A stretch of DNA of 46,024 nucleotides from Tubiluchus corallicola (GCA_030141605.1 JAQGDQ010001343.1:1-46024), one strand, 5' to 3'; counted from the stretch's first letter, positions 1 to 12,287 are shown. Made by a program: numbers and translations. Notes: a model not told the origin generated them from the letters alone.

Positions 1-245
1 TATTCGCGAGCGCTATCGCATATATCTCTCTTTCACTTAATTCCTGCGCGGTGCCGAATATACTGTTCTTCCTAATTCTTATAGGTCTACTAGAATTGTT
101 CCGTAATAGTAGTGAGCATTTTCGCCTCTCGTTTAACTCAACCAACCCAGCCTCAAATCCAACATCTGGGCGGTTCTTAAAAGTGGGCGCATTTTCTGCC
201 ATTTCCACACACGTAAAAGTTGACCCGAGGGTCGATCTCTTTAAT

Positions 246-917
246 TCACGCTCGCAGCACCACTTCTACTTTTTGACTAGGGACGCAAACGTTCTCATCC
301 GCGAGCAGCAAATCTAATTCCTGCTCACTAATTTTCTCTAAAGCAAGTAAATGGGCTCTGTTGCCGATAACTAACAATTTTTGGCCACAGTCTAACGAAG
401 CACCCATTCGGTGGAGTGCATCTATCCCTAGTATAGCCTGCTGTTTCAAGTTTGCAATTTGGTATTTAATTCGTATTTTGCTATCGCCAAACTTCGTTTC
501 TATAACCTTTGAACCGAGTACCGGCATTGCCATGCCGGAAGCGTCCTTTAAAGTTATTTTACTAACATCATACAGGCCCATACCTAATTTTTTATATAAC
601 CCTGATGAGATGCACGACGTGGTTGCCCCAGTATCAACAAGCAACCACGCCGGGCGTCCATTCAACTCCACCACACAGGTAGGTTGGGAAATTATAGATT
701 CCTGCCAACCTGTGGAACTGTGCGTTCGATACACACTCACGGTATCCCATTTATCCCTTCCTATACTATTTAACTTTAACCTTTTTCGGCACCCTTTAAG
801 CGCAGTCCGTCTTTCTCCATTATCATTTCCGCTTTTACAACATTTACACGTACCAATCTTATTTATACTTCTATTCACATTGCCGCTCATCTCCTCTACA
901 CAATCTCGGCTCCTCAC
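246..917 (-). pseudogene. pol: Retrotransposon aspartic protease region, frameshifted near 275
   Basis: LLVDTGA and AILGID motifs; identical to the N-terminal part of 7330-8280. Confidence 0.9.
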
Positions 918-941
918 GGGGGAGACAACCCACTGGGAGCA

Positions 942-1778
942 TTACCAGTTTTCCTGCGGCCTTCTACGGCCTAATCTCCCTTGCATGACAGGACTCCTGT
1001 ATCGACACTCCCTAGCAAAGTGTCCCGGTCTCTTACACTTAAAACATATATCCGCCTGCGTGGGCCTTCGTGGGTCCGGGTTCCACCTGCCTAACCCTTG
1101 ACGGCCTAATTCGGTGGGCTGAGACCGCTGCCTAGGTGCTGGCCCTCTGTGGGGAGGATTCCTACCTACCGGATGCTGTTTACCCTGGCGGTTCTCGGGA
1201 ACCGTTTTCCTATTCTCAGGGCGACCTTGTCCCGGCCTTTTAGCATCTCTGGGCACCATCATCTGACATACAGGGCTGTCATCTTCATTACTCGACTCAG
1301 TTGCTATATAATCAACTTCCATATGCGTATCCATTCTCATCTGGTGAGCGACATGCCGACTCTTCAACCTCGTAATCTCATGGTTACTTTCATCGTCTCG
1401 GCATCTCGCATACTCCACCTCTAAGGTCAGGGGGTTGTGCTTAATTAACTTGGCTCTTAATTGATCATTTCTAAGTGATTCTATCAATACATCCGTTAGA
1501 AACTGTTGTGCCAGGGGCTGGTCAATCTCTGTAGGTCTATAGGCCAATCTAGCATGGTACCAAATACAGTCAACTAACTGTCTCAAGGATTCTTGTTTCT
1601 TTTGCCTAAGATTCTTTAATTCTATCATGTGTTTTGTCAATTCCGCATGGTTTACATACCGCTGTTCTAAAAACGTTACAAATTGACTCCAGTTCATACT
1701 AGGCCATAATTCCCTATTCGCATCTAAATACTGAGCGCAAGAACCGTCAACTGTCATATAAGCCAATCTTACACACAC
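942..1778 (-). pseudogene. gag: Truncated Gag fragment with CCHC zinc knuckle
   Basis: Contains CFKCKRPGHFAREC; identical to the Gag at 6148-7305 but lacks its N-terminus. Confidence 0.9.
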
Positions 1779-1821
1779 ACCACCAGCATTCTGTGAGTCG
1801 GGTGAGATACAAAACCCCCTC

Positions 1822-2130
1822 TATCTGTGTCTCTCTCTGTCTCTCTCTGTCTCTCTGTGTCTCTCTCTCTGTCTCTCTGTGTGTCTCTGTCTCTCTCTCT
1901 CTGTCTCTCTGTGTCTCTTTCCGTCTCTCTGTGTCTTTCTCTGTCTCTTTCTGTCTCTCTGTGTCTCTCTCTGTCTCTGTGTGTCTCTGTCTCTGTCTCT
2001 CTTTGTGTCTCTATGTGTCTCTCTGTGTCTCTCTGTAACTCTCTCTGTCTCTCTGCCTCTCTGTGTCTCTCTCTGTCTCTCTGTGTTTCTCTCTGTCTCT
2101 CTGTGTCTCTCTCTGTCTCTCTGTGTCTCT
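1822..2130. repeat. Compound (CT)n/(GT)n microsatellite
   Basis: About 310 bp of TCTCTG/TGTCTC permutations. Confidence 0.97.
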
Positions 2131-2139
2131 TTTGATAAG

Positions 2140-2260
2140 GAGGTTACCATAGCAACACATAGTAGCAGCTTACTGTATGTATTATCAATTATTAGCTTAT
2201 TATTATTTACTATAGTGCGACTTTTCTTTGAATATTGGCGAATAAAAAATAGTCGTGGAC
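2140..2260 (+). CDS. Candidate upstream exon of the sulfotransferase encoding the type II signal anchor
   Basis: The open frame encodes LLYVLSIISLLLFTIVRLFF followed by EYWRIKNSRG. A phase-1 donor (C|GTAAAG, 2260/2261) matches the phase-1 acceptor at 3873/3874. No in-frame ATG was found between the microsatellite and the donor. Confidence 0.45.
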
Positions 2261-3873
2261 GTAAAGAATTTGTTGTTGTCTTTTTTTTATTTTGAAAATT
2301 TGCGATTATAAGCGTCAGCGCCCTGATTCTCGTTAGAGTTTAGTTGAATATGGTAGTCGGTGTATATGCGTATATCTTTACGAGACGGTGGAAACCTGGC
2401 GGTTAAATACAATATGAGCGAATGGCTTGAAACATACGTTACACAGAGTCGGAATTAGTATGTAACGGCCGAGGCAGGGTCATACTGGCCTTTGCTGCGT
2501 TTCTTAACCAGTTTTTTTGTTAATGCCCGTTGTTAGTAAGCAGAAGTCTGGTTGTCGAAGCTGCCAAAGTTGCCACACCAAGGTATTAGTAACTAACTAA
2601 CTATTAACTCGAATTGATTTGAGGAAAAATATCAGGGACTGACAGCTATTCGCCTGTTGAATACAAGACCACACAAAGCTGTGCGCGTTTTAAAAATTGG
2701 CTCGCAATATGTTATATTCGATGCTCGCGGCGGTTTCAACACAATTTCACAAATAGTGCCTTGCCTCGCCTTGTCCGCCTTACTTTAGAATCTTGTTTAG
2801 CAAAGCGACACTAAACCTTTTTGACTGAAGTCTATTTTTCAATCAAGACAGTGGGGCCCTCCCGAGGCCCCCGTATTGATCCACGGGCCATAGGTATATA
2901 GCCCGAGCACTTGTACACGAAACTGTTATTATGTACATGAAACTATTCCGTGTTTTATACAGATTATAAAAATCACTATGTTATAATCGTCACAGGGGCC
3001 CTTCGAAGGGAATGCGGCCCCTGATGAGGGGCCTGGTTGCTAGGAGTGCCCAGACATCTAAAGCCAGTCCATTACTACTATAAACATTGACGTTGCTGCA
3101 CTTTGTATCGATTCTAATGGCAACACCGTCATCCAAAGGCGAATAGCTAAATATAGGTCAAGGTTGTGAAAATGGCAAAAAAGAGCAACTTTGGCTAAAA
3201 ATTCTGGACACTTGGGAGATCGCTGGCCAAAATTTTATTTCATGCATTTGTAGGACTAGTCAAGCTGCAAATAAAAATATATTGATTAGTCCCCCAATAC
3301 CCGCCCCAGTGGAGTTACGGGGATTTCAAAATGGCGTCTAAATTCAGCAGCAGCAGACACGTATCATTTGCAATCTTATGACACCAACTGAAAAGGAGGT
3401 TCAATTTGGCAACGATAATGGTACGGTAGGGCAAGACCCCTACTATATATATCACCAACTAACTAGTGCTGGATCGCTCATTTACTGTCTGTAATAACGT
3501 GAGAAATAATGGGCAATTTTTTACGCCAAAATGGCCAAAATCCGAAAAAAATCAAAATGGCGGCTTTTCTCAGAAACGGCTCATTTCTGAAATCTAATAT
3601 TTTGGCTGTGGAGTACATCTGAGGGGACCATCAAACCCTGTGAATATGAACAAAATCGGTGATTTGTCACCTTCCACTATTTTGCTGATTTTCTCACGGA
3701 ATGACTCTTAAACTGTTGGCGGCAATCCCGTGGGTCTTAGGCTCTATTGCAGTCAAGCTAGGCATTGTCCGACTAATCCTAAATGCTGTGTTAATAAGGC
3801 AACTGACATTTTGATAGACTGTAAAAATAGTCAAAGAAGTAAATAAACAAACTGAAAATAGTTTTTTTTCTAG

Positions 3874-4736
3874 GAAGTGTTTTGCCGGATCTTTCTCATG
3901 ACACTGCACACGGGGATTTAAAGATGATTAATGATCGGAGAAAAATGCTCATAAGAGATATTTGTGAGAGAATCCAAGCAGGAGAATCTACCACCTCAGC
4001 ATATGCCATGGATTCAAGCCGTTGGCTTAAGCAAGCCTTTACTGTGCCTAAATATAAGCTGTTTTACTGCGCTGTACCAAAGGCAGGAACTACAATGTGG
4101 AAAATCATTTTGATGAAATTAGCTTCGAATAGAACTGTTAAACCTGAGTATATCCACCATGAAATGTATTCACTAAGATTTGGTAAAGTATTTGAGGAAA
4201 ATGATCGAAACTATACGTTAGATAATTTTAGGAAGTTTTTATTCGTCAGAGAACCGTTAACACGACTTTTGTCTGGCTACAGGAACAAAATAGAGGCAGG
4301 AAGCACTCTTTTCATCAAACCCATTTACAACTTTTTTTATGACAAATCTACACAAACTACACTGTTACCACCAAATTGGATACCAACTTTCGAGCAATTT
4401 TTACTGTACATTACACAAACTAAGAACACGGCATTGAATGAACACTGGGCGAGATATGTTGACTTGTGTAACGTTTGTTTTATAAAGTACGATTTTATTG
4501 GTAAACTAGAAAATGTGGACAGAGAATCAGTACAGTTTCTGAATAGTATTTCTTCGTCAAGGCAGTTTAATTCCTTTGCTGAAAAAATTATAAAAAAAAG
4601 CAGAGCAGACAATCTTTTAGACAAATATTATAGTGTCATTCCCTTAAAATTAGGTTTAATGATATACGAAAAATATTATCTAGATTTTCTCTTTTTCAAT
4701 TACACTTTTAGGTATGATTTGTTTCGAAAAATATAG
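3874..4736 (+). CDS. Carbohydrate sulfotransferase, HNK-1ST/CHST8-14 (Sulfotransfer_2) family; catalytic exon
   Basis: 5'-PSB motif YCAVPKAGTTMWK, 3'-PB motif FLFVREPLTRLLSGY, NEHW...C..C...YDFIGKLE and C-terminal YYLDFLFFNY. Splice acceptor TTTTTTTTCTAG|G at 3873. Uninterrupted to TAG at 4736. Confidence 0.92.
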
Positions 4737-5800
4737 TTCCTACGTTTTCAATGCTGCCTGACCATGATGATGACGAATATGATGACGAAAAATATAACAT
4801 TAACAGTTATGATTGTAACAGCGGACAGCAGGTTTTCGTAACATCATGTTTACTTGTTGGCATCCACGCAAGTCTTAATTTGTGACAATTTCAGACTTTT
4901 TAATGTCCAGTTTTTATTATGTACATTTTAAATTGTAATCACTCTGTGTGTTTATGTAATTTTACTATGTTTGCTTACTGTTACTGATGGTTACTGAATG
5001 TTTACTTAATTTACCGTTAGACAAATGTGTATTGTGTTTGTGACAAAATTAGAAAATAATTGATTGCACACCAGGAAGCTGGCTTGCTTACGATAGATTA
5101 TTACGAGCACCTGTAAGCATGGCTACTAGATAAATACTTAGATACAGTTCATCTATGTTAAAAAGTTTATGACATTTCTCCAACACTGTATCATCGTTTA
5201 AAAGTATTTCAAATTTAAGGATAGTTACAAATCGATGGTCTAGAGCTGGAACTAAGTTGTTTGAACAACGAATTTTTGTTTTACAAAAAGGCCATTCACT
5301 TTATAAGGGCAGTCAATTTCCAGACATTTTTCAAAATTGATCATTCCCCTCTCTAGATTGAATTTGAGTAGAGAGAAGTAATCGCCATAGTTCTCCTTAT
5401 TGAACTGGGTCAACCTCAGTTTCATGCCACTCCTAAATGGGTGACAAAGAATCACGTAGCTCACAAACTCACTGCTATTGGTCCTTCATGTAGTCCGAGA
5501 ATAACGAAAACCTGGGTGACGTGCAGTCCAGAATGAGTGGGAAATTTACAGCATCGTGCATTTACCACAGATATTCTAGATCACATCTAACGAAATATTC
5601 CATCCACAAAGAAGTGTGACGACGAGTTAATTAGATGTTCCAGTTTTGCAATTTTCGCTTGAAAAATTGCTGACGCAACGCAATTGTTGTGACGTCATCT
5701 ATTATAGACTGCTTATAACTTTATAACTTTAATTGAGTAAAACCTGCTACTGGCTTTGCGTTAAAAATGAGGACTATGTAGGATGTTCGCATATTATTGA

Positions 5801-5861
5801 TTGTGTTATTACAATTAAATTGCTATCTAGTTTACCTGCTAAATACGACTGTTACAACTCC
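5801..5861 (+). repeat. Short dispersed repeat, copy 1 (partner 27540-27600)
   Basis: About 52/61 identical by eye, ungapped, ending GTTACAACTCC. Confidence 0.7.
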
Positions 5862-6147
5862 ATTCAGTAGTATATGTACATTGTAGGATGAGAGTTACGT
5901 AAAAATTTTCAGTTAAAAATCTAGGACTAGACTTTTGTGTCAGCATCGATGTTGGTCCTTTTACTGTGGCAAATATTCAACCAAGTAGAAAAGTAAACAT
6001 AATTTAAGGCTTTTCAATGTTTTTTCCTGAATGATGCAAATAAGTTAGTTAGGCAACGTGTGGTATAAAACAAGTTAAAACGTTTTTTATTTTCATGACG
6101 CTCTTCCTCGCAAAATCGGAGAGCAACAAAGCGGAGAGGTACAAGCT

Positions 6148-7305
6148 TTGCATGCGATAATTTTGAGACGTATAAGAGATGAGGAAAGTAAGGCGGAAGG
6201 TAGCCTTCTCCCACACGCGACGATTAACCCAGGGGTTCACACCTCTGCTCAAGTAGGTGGGGCGGTACCCACGATGGTGGAGAGAGCGACCTGGCTCTCC
6301 TCCCAATTAGGTAGTATTACGGACCAATGGGCGTTGTGCAGCGCATTGGCCGACCTGCCAAAGTTCTCAAGTCAGGAATCCGATTGCAGTGAGAGATTTA
6401 GAATTTGGATTCAGGGCGTTACTAGGAGGGGGTTTTGTATCTCACCCGACTCACAGAATGCTGGTGGTGTGTGTGTAAGATTGGCTTATATGACAGTTGA
6501 CGGTTCTTGCGCTCAGTATTTAGATGCGAATAGGGAATTATGGCCTAGTATGAACTGGAGTCAATTTGTAACGTTTTTAGAACAGCGGTATGTAAACCAT
6601 GCGGAATTGACAAAACACATGATAGAATTAAAGAATCTTAGGCAAAAGAAACAAGAATCCTTGAGACAGTTAGTTGACTGTATTTGGTACCATGCTAGAT
6701 TGGCCTATAGACCTACAGAGATTGACCAGCCCCTGGCACAACAGTTTCTAACGGATGTATTGATAGAATCACTTAGAAATGATCAATTAAGAGCCAAGTT
6801 AATTAAGCACAACCCCCTGACCTTAGAGGTGGAGTATGCGAGATGCCGAGACGATGAAAGTAACCATGAGATTACGAGGTTGAAGAGTCGGCATGTCGCT
6901 CACCAGATGAGAATGGATACGCATATGGAAGTTGATTATATAGCAACTGAGTCGAGTAATGAAGATGACAGCCCTGTATGTCAGATGATGGTGCCCAGAG
7001 ATGCTAAAAGGCCGGGACAAGGTCGCCCTGAGAATAGGAAAACGGTTCCCGAGAACCGCCAGGGTAAACAGCATCCGGTAGGTAGGAATCCTCCCCACAG
7101 AGGGCCAGCACCTAGGCAGCGGTCTCAGCCCACCGAATTAGGCCGTCAAGGGTTAGGCAGGTGGAACCCGGACCCACGAAGGCCCACGCAGGCGGATATA
7201 TGTTTTAAGTGTAAGAGACCGGGACACTTTGCTAGGGAGTGTCGATACAGGAGTCCTGTCATGCAAGGGAGATTAGGCCGTAGAAGGCCGCAGGAAAACT
7301 GGTAA
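6148..7305 (+). CDS. gag: Gag (N-terminally truncated) with CCHC knuckle
   Basis: Contains CFKCKRPGHFAREC and is homologous to 43371-43700 and 42737-43408. The frame is open only from 6079 and has no ATG before the homologous region. Confidence 0.88.
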   Translation: MHAIILRRIRDEESKAEGSLLPHATINPGVHTSAQVGGAVPTMVERATWLSSQLGSITDQWALCSALADLPKFSSQESDCSERFRIWIQGVTRRGFCISPDSQNAGGVCVRLAYMTVDGSCAQYLDANRELWPSMNWSQFVTFLEQRYVNHAELTKHMIELKNLRQKKQESLRQLVDCIWYHARLAYRPTEIDQPLAQQFLTDVLIESLRNDQLRAKLIKHNPLTLEVEYARCRDDESNHEITRLKSRHVAHQMRMDTHMEVDYIATESSNEDDSPVCQMMVPRDAKRPGQGRPENRKTVPENRQGKQHPVGRNPPHRGPAPRQRSQPTELGRQGLGRWNPDPRRPTQADICFKCKRPGHFARECRYRSPVMQGRLGRRRPQENW

Positions 7306-7329
7306 TGCTCCCAGTGGGTTGTCTCCCCC

Positions 7330-10300
7330 GTGAGGAGCCGAGATTGTGTAGAGGAGATGAGCGGCAATGTGAATAGAAGTATAAATAAGATTGGTACGTG
7401 TAAATGTTGTAAAAGCGGAAATGATAATGGAGAAAGACGGACTGCGCTTAAAGGGTGCCGAAAAAGGTTAAAGTTAAATAGTATAGGAAGGGATAAATGG
7501 GATACCGTGAGTGTGTATCGAACGCACAGTTCCACAGGTTGGCAGGAATCTATAATTTCCCAACCTACCTGTGTGGTGGAGTTGAATGGACGCCCGGCGT
7601 GGTTGCTTGTTGATACTGGGGCAACCACGTCGTGCATCTCATCAGGGTTATATAAAAAATTAGGTATGGGCCTGTATGATGTTAGTAAAATAACTTTAAA
7701 GGACGCTTCCGGCATGGCAATGCCGGTACTCGGTTCAAAGGTTATAGAAACGAAGTTTGGCGATAGCAAAATACGAATTAAATACCAAATTGCAAACTTG
7801 AAACAGCAGGCTATACTAGGGATAGATGCACTCCACCGAATGGGTGCTTCGTTAGACTGTGGCCAAAAATTGTTAGTTATCGGCAACAGAGCCCATTTAC
7901 TTGCTTTAGAGAAAATTAGTGAGCAGGAATTAGATTTGCTGCTCGCGGATGAGAACGTTTGCGTCCCTAGTCAAAGCGAAGTGGTGCTGCGAGTTAGAAT
8001 TCAAAGAGATCGACCCCCGGGTCAACTTTTATGTGTGGAAATGGCAGAAAATGCGCCCACTTTTAAGAACCGCCCAGATGTTGGATTTGAGGCTGGGTTG
8101 GTTGAGGTAAACGAGAGGCGAAAATGCTCACTACTATTACGGAACAATTCTAGTAGACCTATAAGAGTTAGGAAGAACAGTATATTTGGCACCGCGCAGG
8201 AATTAAGTGAAAGAGAGATATATGCGATAGCGCTCGCGAATAGTCAAGTTAATCAAGGCGGTTCGGATGATATTAATTGAGAAAATAGTCAGCGAAGGTT
8301 TGTGAATGGTAGCCTTCACTGCAGGCCCGCGCTGAAGAAGGGAGTTTTGCAGAGGTCTCGAGGTCGCGCGTCATATTTAGCGGTGAACGCGGTGTCCCGC
8401 AGTGCACGCGGTAGTAAAACTCACAGCTGGGCGATGGGCAATTACCCTTTGGAAGTAAATTATGATAACGGAGGCAAGGTGTTTTTGGAATTAAAACATC
8501 TGCATGGCCCTCCAAAAAGCATTTCGTCGGCGGATGCCGAGGGCGGATATAGACATTGGCGGTATCATGACGGGGTTTCGGGAACTAAGACAGAGGTTGA
8601 ATTTAAATTGGATCATTTATCACCTTTGTGGCGGTCTAAATTAGGAAGGTTATTAAAAACATGGAGAGAGGTGTTTGCCAGTTCAGATTTAGAGTTAAAA
8701 GAAACCAAGCTCGCGGAGATGCGGATCGATACAGGGGCCAGGGCGCTCTTATCGAGTACCGAATAATTTAGAGAAGGAGCTGAATAAGATTATTCGTGAA
8801 TTATTAGCAGCTAGGATAATCGTGCCAGCGAATAGTCCTTGGGCGTCACCCTGTTTGTTAGTTAAAAAGGCTGATGGAAAAAGTTATCGGCTAGTAATTG
8901 ATTATAGAAAAATTAATAAGTGCGTAAAGTTCGACGCCTTTCCTAGTCGAACTTTATCCAACTTCACCAATAAACTACAGGGCGCCAAATATTTCAGTTG
9001 TTTAGATTTGCGACAAGGTTTCTTGCAAATACCTGTCCATAAAGATGATCAACCAAAGACGGCGTTCGTCACACAGGATGGTTCCTATATGTTTACACGT
9101 AGCCCCATGGGTCTTTTAACGAGTCCATCAGTGTTTTGGCGCGTGATCAATAAACTATTAGAAGGAATCACTGACAAGTTCAGCATAGCGTACCTAGATG
9201 ATATTCTAGTGTATTCGAAAACGCAAGAAGAACATTTAGACCACTTACAAGAAGTTTTTAGACGGCTAAGTGAGGCTAATCTAAAATTAAAGCCATCAAA
9301 ATGCCAGTTTTTTAAGCCTGAGGTGCAGTTTTTGGGTTATATTATTAGTAAAGATGGCCTCAGACCCGATCCCGAGAGAGCTAAGGCAGTACAGACAATG
9401 GACCGACCAATTAATGTGAGAGGCGTGAGAAGTTTTATTGGAAGCTGTAATTATTATCGAGCGAATATATATGCGGAAATCGCTCGACCATTGACTGAAT
9501 TAACTAAGAAAAATGTTAAGTTTAGTTGGGGAGAAGCACAAGAGAAAGCGTTTAAGGAATTAAAGGCTGCGTTATTAAATCCGGAACTACTTACTCATCC
9601 GGACACGGAAAGGCCATATATTCTATACACAGACGCTAGTCTGTATAGTGTAGGAGGTGTATTGACCCAGGAAATTAATGGGGTAGAACGGCCTGTGGAG
9701 TTTTTCTCACACCAATTAACGCCTACGCAGCGGCGTTGGACAGCTTCAGAATGCGAATTATATGCGATAGTGTACGGTATCCGAAAATTACACCATTATT
9801 TATATGGTAGTCGGTAAATAGTTAGAACCGACCATAAGAGTTTGCAGCATCTGTTGGAGAGTAAGCAATTGAAAAATGCTAAGTTAGAGCGCTGGGCATT
9901 GTTACTGTCGCAACAAAATGCGAAAATTGAATATTGCCCAGGCAGCAAGAATCCAGCCGACCACTATAGTCGGTTGCCTGTGAGTAAAATGGAAGCGACA
10001 GAGAAAAAACCATTCACTAAGAAGGATTTAGATGAAAAATGGCGCCGCCTAGAGAAAACAGATACTAAGTACCAAGTAGCCGCAATAGGAGAAAATAGCT
10101 CGCCATCAGAGAGCAGCACGTTTAAGGACCCAGCACGCCCAGGGGGCGCTGCTGTGAGCAATACTGCAGATGGTAGACCTATTTTGTTAGAGTATAATGA
10201 TGCTGACTGGGTTCAGTCTGCCAATTCTTCAGGGATTTTGTTCCCTAAAAGGAAGGTTATATTGCGCGAGGAGGCTTTGCTGAAAAGAAATAGAATTAAT

Positions 10301-11914
10301 GAGAATTCTGAAAATGGCAATGAGCCAAATCTGGAAGTGACCAGGTCAGAGGTCACAGAGCTGACAGCGGATAGTAAACTAAAGGACGCGTTGGTTGATA
10401 AGAAAAGGTTCGCTTTATTGCAGAGTCAAGATGCGACGCTTTCTTATTTGACACATGTAATTACGAGTCCTAAACAGTCTCAGGAGGCGTATAGATTATT
10501 AGAAGATTACGCGATAAATGACGATGGTTTACTATGCCGAATCAATAAGAAATATGGGACGAATGAGGGAAATTATTATTTAATTGTAGTACCGACGGTT
10601 TTAATAGATGAAGTGATTAGGGAGGTACACAGTTCGTTCACTGGTGGACATTTTGCATTGGCAAAAACGGTTAATAAAGTCCTAATTAGATTTTGGTGGT
10701 CCACCATTAGACAGGACTGCAAGAGGTTTATAGAAAGTTGCCCTATCTGTAATACGAAGAGTAGAAATGTGGTAAGGTTCCCCATGCAAGAGGCACCAAT
10801 TCCAATTGTGCCTTATCAAACTGTGGCAACAGATATTGTAGGTCCATTACCTACGACAGAGAATGGCAACAAATATATAATTTCATTTACGGACCTGGCC
10901 ACCAAATGGGTGGATGCCATGGGTATACAGGATAAAAAGGCCGAAACAGTAACTGAGGCTTTTGTAAATGAGATTATTTGTAGGTATGGGGCCCCCATCA
11001 AGTTGCTCACTGATAATGACAGGTCATATGTCAACGATATGACCAAGAGGCTGACCAAGCATTATGGGATACGCCACATTACCATAACTCCCTATAACCC
11101 TCCCGGAAATGCGATTGAAGAACGTCAACATGCGACGTTAATGAGTTTGTTACGGCAGCTAACGGACAAGAATCCCCTAGATTGGGACAAACAGATCCCA
11201 AGGGCCTTAGCAGCCTATCGAACTTCCATACACAGTACGTCGGGATATTCCCCCTATTACCTCCTCTTTGCACGTGCGCCCCGAGGGATGATAGAGAACC
11301 ATTTGGCAGAGCCGGATAAATATGTGGGAGAGGATTATTTTGAGAATTATTTGCAAACGATGCATCAAGCTTTTGTGGTAGCGAAAAAGAGAACAGAAGA
11401 GGCCAGAGCTAAGTGTAAGGAGTTGTATGACCGTAAGGCCCAGACTCGCCATTTTAGGGCTGGCGATATTGTCTTCTATTACAACCAAGCCATGAAGCCA
11501 AAAGCTTCGAGAAAACTGCATCAATATTGGGAAAGTAACTATGTTGTGCTGTCAAGGTTAGGCAAACATAGATATAAGATAAAGAACATGGACACGGGCC
11601 GAGTAAGAACGTGCCATGTGACGCATTTGCGATTAGTACCTCCCACGGCTGCCTGGTCAACTAAACCAGGAGCTCGAGAGAAAAATAGAGCAGGCAGACC
11701 TCTGCGTAGAGCTGCCCGCATTTCTGAACCCGAAGTCTCTCAAGTAGGAGAAAATGTTAGTAGGAGAGCCCCAGAAGGGTCAGCTCCTGTAGGAACTACG
11801 TTGCAGGGAGTAACGTTAAGTCAAGGGAAGGAAGAGAGCGAGAAGGCTATAGATAATGCCGAGAGTTTGGCATGGGACCCCTTTGAAGTTAGGAAATTCC
11901 GGAAGTTAGGTTAG
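7330..11914 (+). pseudogene. pol: Pol polyprotein (PR, RT, RNase H, integrase), disrupted
   Basis: PR: LVDTGA. RT: SPWASP, LDLRQGF, YLDD (9191-9202). RNase H: LYTDAS, ECELYAI, TDH. Integrase: H..H/C..C, DIVGPL, TDN, EERQH. Lesions are an in-frame TGA at 8278-8280, a frameshift/deletion near 8745 and an in-frame TAA at 9815-9817. Confidence 0.93.
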
Positions 11915-12020
11915 GAAATGACCTAGGCGAAGAGTTGTCGGAGGAAGAAGAGACACCTCGCCTGGAATACCGGAAGAAGATACCTCAGAGATCTCTAGTA
12001 GTTCGCCGCCACCCCTGCTA

Positions 12021-12287
12021 ATGCCGGAAGAAGCACACTCTGGCACCACCAAACGGACAAGGAGCGATAGTGGTAGCGAATTCTCTGAAGTTAGTGCAAA
12101 ATCGAGACGAACCGGAAGTAGTATGACCTATAGCGAAACCTCACAGACAGGTAGTTCGATAGAGTCCGATTATGAAGATGAAGGGCCCCCTCCCCTAGAA
12201 AAGGTTCTTCATATGTCTCGAGTAACAACCCAGGTTCAGAAACCTGTGGGTTGGACCAGCGTTTGGACACGCTGGCTTAGAAAGTGA
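12021..12287 (+). pseudogene. Detached Ser/Glu-rich C-terminal tail of Pol
   Basis: SSSPPPLLMPEEAHSGTTK matches SSSPLPLLSPDEAHSGATK, which is in frame with the integrase C-terminus in the second copy (ORF 38768-39421). Confidence 0.65.

Larger units (their letters stand above)
1..1821 (-). mobile_element. Inverted partial copy (gag 3' part + protease region) of the Gypsy element at 6110-16065
   Basis: The reverse complement of 1-1821 matches 6426-8242. ORF 942-1778 is identical to the C-terminal part of 6148-7305, and ORF 246-917 is identical to 7330-8280 up to VCVPSQ. The differences I could see lie only in the first ~280 bp. The copy ends abruptly at the CT/GT microsatellite. Confidence 0.95.

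Noticed and set aside
1793-2150. ORFs rich in S/L/C/V or R/E/T/Q
   Set aside because: They are translations of the CT/GT microsatellite.
7146-7886. 246-aa antisense ORF over gag-protease (also 361-1101; partial counterpart 41931-42359)
   Set aside because: It has no ATG start or recognisable motif, and its conservation is explained by the sense-strand protease.
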